From a virus, in IMG/VR virus record IMGVR_UViG_3300025018_000113, positions 34,733-98,732 of that record: 64,000 bases of DNA; one strand, written 5' to 3'. Positions within the stretch are counted from its first letter, which is position 1. The number at the start of each line of letters is the position of its first letter. Below are positions 19,048 through 27,734 of this stretch, in pieces. The position numbers and the translations under genes were made by a program. The notes beneath the pieces are model-generated. The model was not told where the DNA came from, did not search any database, and saw only the letters and a list, made by a program, of their open reading frames with translations.

Positions 19048-19422
19048 ATGTTGAAAATAAATTTCAAGGATGGAACCACACTTGAATTTGACTTGAACAA
19101 GGAAGATGACTTTCAGCAATGGAATGAATGGTCATCGGTGAAGGACTTCCAAGACAGAATAACTGGGATTGGAATACTTCATGAAAAGAAATTTCACACG
19201 ATGCCTTTTCCAAAAGGTTTTCGTCAAGTGAAGTTTTCAGCTGAACTTGTTGCAAAGGAAAAGGATGGTGTGAAAAGACAGGTTGGTGAAAAACTAATTT
19301 GCCATGCTGATAACATCCAAATGACAATGATGGTTTACACTTACAAGAACCCACCACCACCGATTCTGGCCAGAATAGACTTGGTAAGAATAGGGAAACA
19401 GCGTGGGCCTTACATGAACTAA
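19048..19422 (+). CDS. hypothetical protein
   Basis: 124-aa ORF in the structural operon. Confidence 0.6.
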   Translation: MLKINFKDGTTLEFDLNKEDDFQQWNEWSSVKDFQDRITGIGILHEKKFHTMPFPKGFRQVKFSAELVAKEKDGVKRQVGEKLICHADNIQMTMMVYTYKNPPPPILARIDLVRIGKQRGPYMN

Positions 19423-19437
19423 GGAAAGGGTAAAAAT

Positions 19438-19722
19438 ATGGCAACAGAAACAGTAAAGCCAAATTATGCGTTCAAAGATGGTGTTGCAACAGCAAACTAT
19501 TCTGACAACCATGTTCAGCTTCAAGGTCTAAACACGCAAGTGAAGTTTAAGAACGATGGTGCAAACCCAATTGAGTTTTCACTAAACCGTTCCAATGACA
19601 CTGATGAAGTTGATGGGATTGTGAAACCCAATGAAGAAATCACGTTGCAAAACATTCAGCAAGGGATTTCAACAATTGCTGTTCGTGGCAATGGTGCGTT
19701 CAGATTTTGGGCGTATCAGTAA
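19438..19722 (+). CDS. putative small beta-sandwich virion/decoration protein
   Basis: Beta-rich; paralogous to the next gene (ND...IE.S...DG...R.WA). Confidence 0.5.
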   Translation: MATETVKPNYAFKDGVATANYSDNHVQLQGLNTQVKFKNDGANPIEFSLNRSNDTDEVDGIVKPNEEITLQNIQQGISTIAVRGNGAFRFWAYQ

Positions 19723-19728
19723 GGGGGC

Positions 19729-20091
19729 GTGATGTCCCATAATATCACCAGCCGTAAAAATAGATTTTACCAGAAAGTCATTCTGACTTCTGACAATATT
19801 GCACAGCCTGATGAACCATGGAAAGGTGATGAAGTCAGTGCTGTGAAACTTGAATTTCCAGCACAAATGACAACTGTTGTGATTGCAAATGATAACCATG
19901 ACAGGTCAATTGAATATTCTTATGACGGCCTTGAAGAAGACGGGGAACTGTTTTGTGATGATGGGCCATTTTCTCAAGATGGTTTAAGTGAAGGTTACGT
20001 TTATTTAAGACTTCCAGAAGGAACAGTTCTTGACGAAAATGAAACAGTACAAGTAAGAGTGTGGGCGTGGCGTGGTGGAACTGGAAGGTGA
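19729..20091 (+). CDS. putative small beta-sandwich virion/decoration protein
   Basis: Paralog of 19438-19722. Confidence 0.5.
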   Translation: MMSHNITSRKNRFYQKVILTSDNIAQPDEPWKGDEVSAVKLEFPAQMTTVVIANDNHDRSIEYSYDGLEEDGELFCDDGPFSQDGLSEGYVYLRLPEGTVLDENETVQVRVWAWRGGTGR

Positions 20092-20095
20092 CATC

Positions 20096-20401
20096 ATGAC
20101 AATGCTTGGAAAAAAATCACGTTTCACAAATCAGCGAATCAATAAAATTCCACAAGGTGCCATTGATGGTGTAAACTTAGAATATACACTTCCCGATGGT
20201 GAAGAATTTTGGCCAGAAACTTTGGAAGTCATGATTGATGGTATTCCAAAAGAACCTGGCCTTGATTTTGAAGAAGTGGGCACAACAGGTTTCCGTTTCC
20301 TGATTGACCCTGATGATGATTATAACAACAGAATGAAACACCCTGTTGTGGACACGGAAACAATTAGGATTTCTTATTGGAAGAAACCAAAGTGTAAATG
20401 A
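20096..20401 (+). CDS. putative virion protein (DG.N..Y / G.DF module)
   Basis: GAIDGVNLEYTLP...LEVMIDG...PGLDF. Confidence 0.55.
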   Translation: MTMLGKKSRFTNQRINKIPQGAIDGVNLEYTLPDGEEFWPETLEVMIDGIPKEPGLDFEEVGTTGFRFLIDPDDDYNNRMKHPVVDTETIRISYWKKPKCK

Positions 20402-20425
20402 AATATTAAAAAAGGGGAATAAAAA

Positions 20426-21730
20426 ATGGGACAACCAAACGCTTCAAGACTTCAATACTTACCACGTGAAGTTATCACTGATGGAATTAGTTCAAATGTT
20501 CACACGCTTCAAGCTGTTGACCACCTAAAACTTGGTGACAGTGTTGACATTTGGGAAATTGACCCAGTAACAAAGAAACGTCTTGCAGTTATTGCAAGTG
20601 ATTTGATAGTTCTTGCAATCAACCCAGGCACAAAGAAAGTAACATTTTCAGCATCGTTTGACACAAGCGGTTTGACTGGTCAGCCGATTGTTCGTGTTGA
20701 CAATATTGATGACATCCAAGAAGCAATTGAAAGACTTTACAGAAGAAAGTCTGATGCAAGTGGGATTTCATTTGATGTTCGTCAAACAATTATTGATTTT
20801 GAAGCTGATGCACCCAGTGCTGGTAAGGGACTTTATGACGTTGCTGACACGCAGTTCTGGGAACCAGGCGATAAGGTGGCGGTCATTGATGACACTGGTG
20901 TTTTGATTGCTGAAACAACAATCTTTGCAGTAAACATCAACGCTGATGACACAAATAATAAGGCAACAATTGCTGTAAATAACAACACAGTGATTCCACT
21001 TGGAAGCAACCCTTACATTCAAAATTTAAGTCTTACAGTTGATGAAGCTTTAAGAAGAATTCGTGATAGGGTTGATGAAATTGATTTGCCTAAGAAAAAT
21101 CAACTTCCACTTCAACTTCCAGACAATTCAGTTCCAGCATTTGAATTTGCTGATTTGTTCCTTTCTGGTTCAAGTGATATTTTCCTAGATGGAAATAAAA
21201 AATCACTTGGCCTTGCTGGAACACGTGCAAGTTTAATTCAAGGAACTTCAAATGCACAGCTGACATTCACTTCAATGGTGTTGAACACTCAAGGTAATAA
21301 CACAACAATTGAAGTTCAAAATGCGGCTGGTTTGACTGTTGTTGTTGGTGGAAACTTTCAAAACGGTTTTTCAATTACAATTGGAAGCAACAGTGGAACA
21401 GCAAGTGCAAAACAAATTGCTGATGCAATCAATGCACACGCAACAGCTAAAAGACTTGTTCAAGTTGTTTACGGTGGTGACGGTTCAGGTGTGGTTACAC
21501 CTTTTGGCCCGTCAAGCCTTGCTGGTGGTCTTGATGATGCAACAAAAGACTATGCAGAAATTGAACAAGTTTTTGAAAACAAAATTTCTGGCACTGGTTT
21601 CAAATGGATTTCATTCAATTGTGGTCAAACAGTTCATAACGCTGACCCAAACAGAATGAAAAGGCCACCACAAGACAGTGAAGAATTTGCGATTGCTTAC
21701 AGTAAAGCAAGCAGAAATATTGACAAGTAA
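20426..21730 (+). CDS. putative virion structural protein with a sheath-like insertion domain
   Basis: GNNTTI...ASAKQIADAINA...LAGG segment. Confidence 0.55.
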   Translation: MGQPNASRLQYLPREVITDGISSNVHTLQAVDHLKLGDSVDIWEIDPVTKKRLAVIASDLIVLAINPGTKKVTFSASFDTSGLTGQPIVRVDNIDDIQEAIERLYRRKSDASGISFDVRQTIIDFEADAPSAGKGLYDVADTQFWEPGDKVAVIDDTGVLIAETTIFAVNINADDTNNKATIAVNNNTVIPLGSNPYIQNLSLTVDEALRRIRDRVDEIDLPKKNQLPLQLPDNSVPAFEFADLFLSGSSDIFLDGNKKSLGLAGTRASLIQGTSNAQLTFTSMVLNTQGNNTTIEVQNAAGLTVVVGGNFQNGFSITIGSNSGTASAKQIADAINAHATAKRLVQVVYGGDGSGVVTPFGPSSLAGGLDDATKDYAEIEQVFENKISGTGFKWISFNCGQTVHNADPNRMKRPPQDSEEFAIAYSKASRNIDK

Positions 21731-21742
21731 TAAGGGGAAATA

Positions 21743-22111
21743 ATGGGCCAACCTAATGCTGACACCGTTCAATTCAATAAAACTGGTTCATCTTTTGTTA
21801 CGAGAAACCTTCGTGATGTTGTCGTTGAACTAGAATACAGGTTGAGTGGCGTCAATGTTTGGTCAACAATATCAAGAATAGATGGGCTGATAACAAAAAT
21901 TGAATATTTCAGCAATGTTGAAAAAACCAGCAAAATTCTTGATATTGAATTTTCTCGAATTACTGGGTTGAACGGTCTAAGATTGGTTAGCTCGATAACA
22001 AAAAAAATTTATAATAACAATATTCTTGAAAAAACTATTACAGAAAATTTTTCTAGGGATGTGGACTTAAATAAGAACATTGTTGCTGACTCAAACTCGG
22101 TGTTGACATGA
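21743..22111 (+). CDS. hypothetical virion protein
   Basis: N-terminal MGQPNA shared with 20426. Confidence 0.5.
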   Translation: MGQPNADTVQFNKTGSSFVTRNLRDVVVELEYRLSGVNVWSTISRIDGLITKIEYFSNVEKTSKILDIEFSRITGLNGLRLVSSITKKIYNNNILEKTITENFSRDVDLNKNIVADSNSVLT

Positions 22112-22674
22112 AGCTGATAGCAGAAATTGTTGCCTATGTTGAAGAAACAATAAGAGAGTTTCTTAGAGTTTACAGAAGGCAAATAATTCAATTTCAAATA
22201 ATTGGTGGCAGTATCAATTCAGACCAATATTTATATACGTTTGTCCATTCTGGAAGTTTTAGTAGAAGAAGTGGTGATGCGAGTAACGGTTATAGATATA
22301 GCAATTCAGCACCAGCAACAGCCGCTTTTACTGGTAAGGTGGTTTCGGCTACTGCTTCAATAACTGGGTTAGCGCAATCAACTGGTTCACCAGCACCACA
22401 ATGCGAACTTTTATTTGAACTTTGGAAAGTTGGGTTTAGTAATGAGGGCACAAAGTTGGGGGATATTGTTTTTACAGTTGATAGTTCAACTTACGACATT
22501 GGTAATTGGTGGAATTCTTCAATCTTAACCGCATTTGCAGAATCACAGGGACAAGCCGTTTCTGTTGAAGCTGGTGACTTATTAGGTTTGAAGTTCAACA
22601 GCCAAACTGGTAACAATAAAATTGTTTCAATGCAAAACGCTACTGTTGTTTTGGAAATTGTGAGGGATGTATGA
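22108..22674 (+). CDS. putative beta-sandwich fibre/decoration protein
   Basis: 188 aa, beta-rich, 'V.AGDLL' motif. Confidence 0.45.
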   Translation: MKLIAEIVAYVEETIREFLRVYRRQIIQFQIIGGSINSDQYLYTFVHSGSFSRRSGDASNGYRYSNSAPATAAFTGKVVSATASITGLAQSTGSPAPQCELLFELWKVGFSNEGTKLGDIVFTVDSSTYDIGNWWNSSILTAFAESQGQAVSVEAGDLLGLKFNSQTGNNKIVSMQNATVVLEIVRDV

Positions 22675-23741
22675 TTGAAATTGAAAATATTACACAAGAC
22701 AATATTGTTATAAACTTTCAAACAATATTACCAGGCCAATCCTACCAAATTCCAGAAGTTGAGATTTTCAATTGGGCAACAAGTGATGATGTATTTATGA
22801 AAATATCACAGCAACCAAAAATTATAAATTTCAAACTTAGTGGAAAAATAATTGAATCTATAAGTGAAATGATTGATATACTAAAAATGTTGCCATATAA
22901 AAAAGTGAGACTAGATAGCTCACACAGTGATTTAACTGGTGTTCCAAGAGTGGCCATTGAAAAGCCTGATGTCCCTTCAACATCAATTATTTCACACGAT
23001 TTTTGTGACCCTTGCACATGGTATTCAAAATCAGCACGTGTTGAAGGTGAAGAACTTACACTAGAAAGTGGGAAAACATTTAATTCACTATCACAGAACT
23101 GGATTGATTTGACTCACGGGCGCACAACTGATGAAGATGATTTTGCAGAAAACTATCTTCCAGTAATTTATGACAACGGTGTTGAACTTGTTGAAGGTCA
23201 AGATTTCACAATTGATTATAAAAACGGAAAAGTGACTTTTGCTGAAAACTACACTGTTCAAGGAACAATCACGGCTAATTTTTCACACGCCACAAGTTCA
23301 CATTTTATTCTTGAACCAATTGCTGGAAAAATTCTAATACTAGAACACGCTGAATTAAACTTTTCAAAAGACTGTTTTATAAATGTTCCAATTTCATTTG
23401 AAATTTGGGTGGGCAACCCGTATTTCAACCCACAAGAACCAGAATCACCAACAAACCCTTTACGTGTACTTTATAAGCGTAAGAAATATAAGAATGAAAA
23501 AGACCTTATAAACGCGGCCAATTTAGGACAAGGTGAAATTGCACAGTGGGGCAACCTTCCACACCCAGTGCTTGTTTTCCCGTTTAATTATGTGACACTT
23601 CAACCAATGAAAAGTTCACAACTGACACAACTTATTATTCATTTAGATAGTGATAGCAACGGGAATCAAGTTCCACTTCAAGGAAGTTGGGGAACGGCAA
23701 CATTTTATGTGATGTCAATTCCTGACCCAAACTATTCATAA
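22671..23741 (+). CDS. putative virion protein
   Basis: Contains the VEGQDFTIDYKNGKVTF module. Confidence 0.5.
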   Translation: MIEIENITQDNIVINFQTILPGQSYQIPEVEIFNWATSDDVFMKISQQPKIINFKLSGKIIESISEMIDILKMLPYKKVRLDSSHSDLTGVPRVAIEKPDVPSTSIISHDFCDPCTWYSKSARVEGEELTLESGKTFNSLSQNWIDLTHGRTTDEDDFAENYLPVIYDNGVELVEGQDFTIDYKNGKVTFAENYTVQGTITANFSHATSSHFILEPIAGKILILEHAELNFSKDCFINVPISFEIWVGNPYFNPQEPESPTNPLRVLYKRKKYKNEKDLINAANLGQGEIAQWGNLPHPVLVFPFNYVTLQPMKSSQLTQLIIHLDSDSNGNQVPLQGSWGTATFYVMSIPDPNYS

Positions 23742-23758
23742 AATATTAGGGGGAACTT

Positions 23759-24292
23759 ATGGCCTATCTTCACATTTACTTTGTGACAAAAAGAGAGTGG
23801 ACAAAGATTCTTTCTTTCCTTGTTCGAGCATTTCAAGGAACCGCATTTGACCATGCTGGTTTTGGTATTTCAGCAAACGGTGTTCAACCAAACTATGTGC
23901 ATGAAGCTGTTCTTTCTGGTGTTGAGAAAACACCCTTCAATGACTTTATTGAAAAACATTCTTATGTGGTTGCTGAATTCAAAATTCCAATAACAGAAGA
24001 ACAGCTTGGAAAAATAATGGATTTGACGCTTGAACACTACGGGAAAAAGTATTCATTGATGCAATTGGTTGGAAATGCCTTTGCAATTACAATGAAAAAA
24101 TGCTTCAATTACATTGTAAGAAAAAACATTTTTGGTAATGGTTGGAAGAAGTTGGTTTGTTCAGAATATTTAAGTGCTGTCTTAAACCTTGTTGGTGCTG
24201 AACTTCCTGATGGAAAGAATTTTGAGGCCGTTACTTTGAAGGACTGTTTTAATATGACAAAAAATATTCAAAAAGCAATAAGGATGAAATGA
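23759..24292 (+). CDS. permuted papain-like amidase (YiiX-like)
   Basis: FDHAG, HEA...GV, GKKYS, LVCSEY. Confidence 0.7.
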   Translation: MAYLHIYFVTKREWTKILSFLVRAFQGTAFDHAGFGISANGVQPNYVHEAVLSGVEKTPFNDFIEKHSYVVAEFKIPITEEQLGKIMDLTLEHYGKKYSLMQLVGNAFAITMKKCFNYIVRKNIFGNGWKKLVCSEYLSAVLNLVGAELPDGKNFEAVTLKDCFNMTKNIQKAIRMK

Positions 24293-25284
24293 TGGACAAT
24301 ACAGGCCTATACTTAACTTATGGTGACTTGCTTTTGGAAATGGCACTTGCTGGAAATACAAAGGTAAGAAAAACACCAATCACACTGTCAGCAAAAACTT
24401 CAAACCAAACAGGTGACATTTTCACCTTTTCAGTTTCAGGAAGTGACCCAGCACCAGTTGTTGGTGATGTTATTCATCAAGCTGGAAAAACGGCTTCAAT
24501 AATTGATTTCCCAAGTGGAACACAAATCAAAGTTGACACTGTTGACGAACTTGTAAACGGGCCTTCTGATTTACTACATTCAGAAACGGTTCCAAAATAT
24601 TATGGTGAACAACTTATTCAACAAGCAATGGACTTGATTGATGAAAAAACAGGACAGTTTTTCAACAAGCGTTCTGGTGTTTATTCACTTGAAGGAAACA
24701 ACACAGCCTTGATGCACTTTCCAGTTCCAATCATCGAGATTGAAGAACTTCTTATCAATTCAACAAAAACAGAATTAAAAGAAGGTGAAGATTATGATTT
24801 TGTGGCCTTCAAAGGAAGACAAAGACCGCAAGATGATAGAAGAAACCCAAGAATTAAATTAAACATTGGCCGTGGGCGTGGAAGCATTTTTGCTGGTTCA
24901 ATTACTTCACGTGTTTTTGTAAAGGGAACACTCACACAAATAACTGGTTCATTTGGATTTCTTGAACCAACTGGAAAAACACCAGCACTAATTCAAAAAG
25001 CTGTTAAGCTTTTAGTTATGCAAGACATAAGCACACCAATTGGTGCAACACTTACAACTTCTTCAACGGCTGGCCCATTGAAGCGTTTGAAAGTTGATTT
25101 GCACGAACAAGAATTTTTTGAACCTTCTTCAAATAAAGATAGCGTGAAATCATCAGCATCAGGAAATGAAGAAGTTGACAGAATAATTGCGTTCTATCGT
25201 TCACCAATTAGAATTGCTGGAAGTTTTAGGCAAAGAAATTTAGGTGAAGATGACGTTTATAAAATAGGGAATTATGAACCATGA
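24289..25284 (+). CDS. putative head-tail adaptor
   Basis: A..LID..TGQFF and FG....TP.LIQKA motifs; synteny. Confidence 0.55.
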   Translation: MMDNTGLYLTYGDLLLEMALAGNTKVRKTPITLSAKTSNQTGDIFTFSVSGSDPAPVVGDVIHQAGKTASIIDFPSGTQIKVDTVDELVNGPSDLLHSETVPKYYGEQLIQQAMDLIDEKTGQFFNKRSGVYSLEGNNTALMHFPVPIIEIEELLINSTKTELKEGEDYDFVAFKGRQRPQDDRRNPRIKLNIGRGRGSIFAGSITSRVFVKGTLTQITGSFGFLEPTGKTPALIQKAVKLLVMQDISTPIGATLTTSSTAGPLKRLKVDLHEQEFFEPSSNKDSVKSSASGNEEVDRIIAFYRSPIRIAGSFRQRNLGEDDVYKIGNYEP

Positions 25285-25688
25285 ATGTTGACTTAATTGA
25301 ACCAATTGATGTGGTTATCGAACAAATAGATAAGACAACAACACCTTATCCAAGCGGTGTTTCTGGAAGGAAATTTCCAGCAAACCATGTTGAAAGAAAA
25401 GCACAGTTGACTATTCCAGCACAAGTTGTTCATGGTGACCGTGACCAAAAAGGAAACCCAACAATGTTGGGAACTGATGAACAGCGAAAAGGTTACATTG
25501 TAATAAGATATGAAGACATGACAAATCTTGGAATCACTTTGAAACGTGGTGATAAGATTGTGAAAATGGGCCAGCTTGATTGCGAATTGTTTTTGACAAT
25601 TTCAGCTGGTGACCCAGCCGCACACATTGCTGGTATGTTCAACTTAGTAAGAATGTTTTTTAGTGACAGAAACCCAGTGGGTGAATAA
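25281..25688 (+). CDS. putative head closure protein
   Basis: Synteny; LKRGDKI motif. Confidence 0.5.
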   Translation: MNVDLIEPIDVVIEQIDKTTTPYPSGVSGRKFPANHVERKAQLTIPAQVVHGDRDQKGNPTMLGTDEQRKGYIVIRYEDMTNLGITLKRGDKIVKMGQLDCELFLTISAGDPAAHIAGMFNLVRMFFSDRNPVGE

Positions 25689-25696
25689 GGAATGTA

Positions 25697-26362
25697 ATGT
25701 CAAAAAGCTATCTTTCTTTTTCAGGTGATGTTTCATTGTTCAAAAAATTCCTGAACAAGGAAGTTTGGCGTGGAAATCTTGAGCGTGAAATAAGAAAGGC
25801 AACCATCAGAAATTCACTATTCTTAATTAAGAAAATTAAAGACAACATAAGGAATGATGAATTTGCTGAAAATGCTTCAATGACATTGGCACTTAAAAGA
25901 AGTAATAAAGCACTAATTGACAACAGAAACTTATGGAACGCAATTGACCATAAATTGAAAAGTTCATTTGAATCAGAAGTTGGTATTCTTGAAAACCGTG
26001 CTTCAACAGGAAGCAAGTTTGGAAAAGCAAAAAGCCAAATGAACATCAAGCACCTAGTTGAACTGATTGAATCAGGTTACACAATCAAGGTAACAGAAAA
26101 GATGCGTAAAGCACTTATGGCATCACTTAATGAAGACCGAACAAAATCAGGAAAATTAAAAGAGAAATCTAGGGTTGCACTTCAACGTGCAAAAAGTGCT
26201 TTTGCTGGTGGTGGAACGTGGGTTGTCCCACCAAGACCACTATTCACAAAAGTGTGGGATGACCCTACAATAAACGATGTCATCCAAGAAAACTGGAAAA
26301 GGGCACTTGAAGGGGCGTTCAAAGCACAAGGTGCCAAAGACGGTGAACACAAGGACAGGTAA
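25697..26362 (+). CDS. neck / virion morphogenesis protein
   Basis: LID..NL..AI, E.GY.I.VT.KMR, VPPRP motifs. Confidence 0.6.
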   Translation: MSKSYLSFSGDVSLFKKFLNKEVWRGNLEREIRKATIRNSLFLIKKIKDNIRNDEFAENASMTLALKRSNKALIDNRNLWNAIDHKLKSSFESEVGILENRASTGSKFGKAKSQMNIKHLVELIESGYTIKVTEKMRKALMASLNEDRTKSGKLKEKSRVALQRAKSAFAGGGTWVVPPRPLFTKVWDDPTINDVIQENWKRALEGAFKAQGAKDGEHKDR

Positions 26363-26365
26363 AAA

Positions 26366-27679
26366 ATGGAAAATAGAATTATAAAAAACTTTTGCTTTCA
26401 GGAAGAATTCAGAAAACAACTGACTTTTTCTGATGTGACAAAAATCAGATTGAACACAGAAGATGCTTTGAATCAGCGTGTGATGCTAAAAGGGCCAACT
26501 TATTCAACTGATAATGACATTTATGTTGAAACTTGGTTACTAGAAGCAAACGCATTGAAGAAGTGGTTGGGTTTTGAAATAATTTTCAAAGAAGGTGAAA
26601 ACCCACTTGAACTCCCAGCTGGAACATCAATTGGTGTTCGATTGAAAACAACAGCTGGACATTACTGGTTTGACACTGGTGATTCAACTTGGAAAATTGC
26701 TGGTGTTGGACAGTGGAACACTGATTCTGAAATTAGGGCCAACATTGAAACATTCCCAATTGCGACAATTGGAAATAAAAAGTTGGGTGTTGTGGTCAAC
26801 TTAAAGACAACAGATAGCAATGTGACACCAGAAATTTACGCTGTGAAGTTATTAGGGCTATTCGATGTTGAACCTTTTGATGATTTAGTTTATGATAGTG
26901 TTATAAGGCTACTGAATAAAAATTTCAGAGCAACATCAACCCTGATGTTTCAGGTTGGTTCATCAAGCATCAGTTCCCAAAGCTTAAACGCTGTGCTTGA
27001 AAACAAAGGTTATAACATTTTCGATGTGAAATATGTTTATGACCTTACTAATGACCCACAAAAGCTGAACAACCTTCATGGTTCTTACGCTGTTGGGGCA
27101 TTAAAGCAAGACGGGTTTACTTATGAAATGGGAACTGAAACATTCACACAACCAATTCCAGCCAATTCATTCATTGAAATTGTTTTTGAATACGTTCCAG
27201 AAATTTCAGTCAAAGTTAACCAAGACTATTTTGAAGAACCAACTTACCCACACCTTGTCATTCACAGAATCACAGAAGTGGAAAGAAGGGGCTTCATTAT
27301 GAGAAACACAAACGGTGCTGACAGGGACTTCATTAGAAACAAGGAAGCTGGAATGGCCGTTCAGCATCAACCACCAAGTCAAAAGTCTTACCGCTTTGAT
27401 GTTCAACTTTTCACAACTGAAATTGACCAATTTAGATTGCTTGATGCAATTAGGCGGTTTTTTGCCAACACAAAAAAGTTGGTTACTTATGGGCTTGGAA
27501 ATGAACACGCCATTGAAATAGTGGAAGAAATTGACACGGCTGGCAACAAGGACAGTGATTCAAGTGACACAAACATTGCCAATGGTTCGTTTGATGTGCT
27601 TGGAGTTTTATTTTTTGACAAACCTTCACTTGATGTTCCGTTGGTGACACAATTGAATGTTGATATGATAAGGCAATAA
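26366..27679 (+). CDS. putative tail completion/terminator protein with extra domains
   Basis: Directly upstream of the sheath gene; 437 aa. Confidence 0.45.
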   Translation: MENRIIKNFCFQEEFRKQLTFSDVTKIRLNTEDALNQRVMLKGPTYSTDNDIYVETWLLEANALKKWLGFEIIFKEGENPLELPAGTSIGVRLKTTAGHYWFDTGDSTWKIAGVGQWNTDSEIRANIETFPIATIGNKKLGVVVNLKTTDSNVTPEIYAVKLLGLFDVEPFDDLVYDSVIRLLNKNFRATSTLMFQVGSSSISSQSLNAVLENKGYNIFDVKYVYDLTNDPQKLNNLHGSYAVGALKQDGFTYEMGTETFTQPIPANSFIEIVFEYVPEISVKVNQDYFEEPTYPHLVIHRITEVERRGFIMRNTNGADRDFIRNKEAGMAVQHQPPSQKSYRFDVQLFTTEIDQFRLLDAIRRFFANTKKLVTYGLGNEHAIEIVEEIDTAGNKDSDSSDTNIANGSFDVLGVLFFDKPSLDVPLVTQLNVDMIRQ

Positions 27680-27703
27680 AAGTTTGAAAAATTTGTGCGT
27701 AAG

Positions 27704-27721
27704 GTATAACATTGTATAACA
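27704..27721 (+). promoter_or_regulatory. tandem operator B (reverse orientation)
   Basis: GTATAACATTGTATAACA upstream of the sheath gene. Confidence 0.7.
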
Positions 27722-27734
27722 AAGGAAGGTAAAA

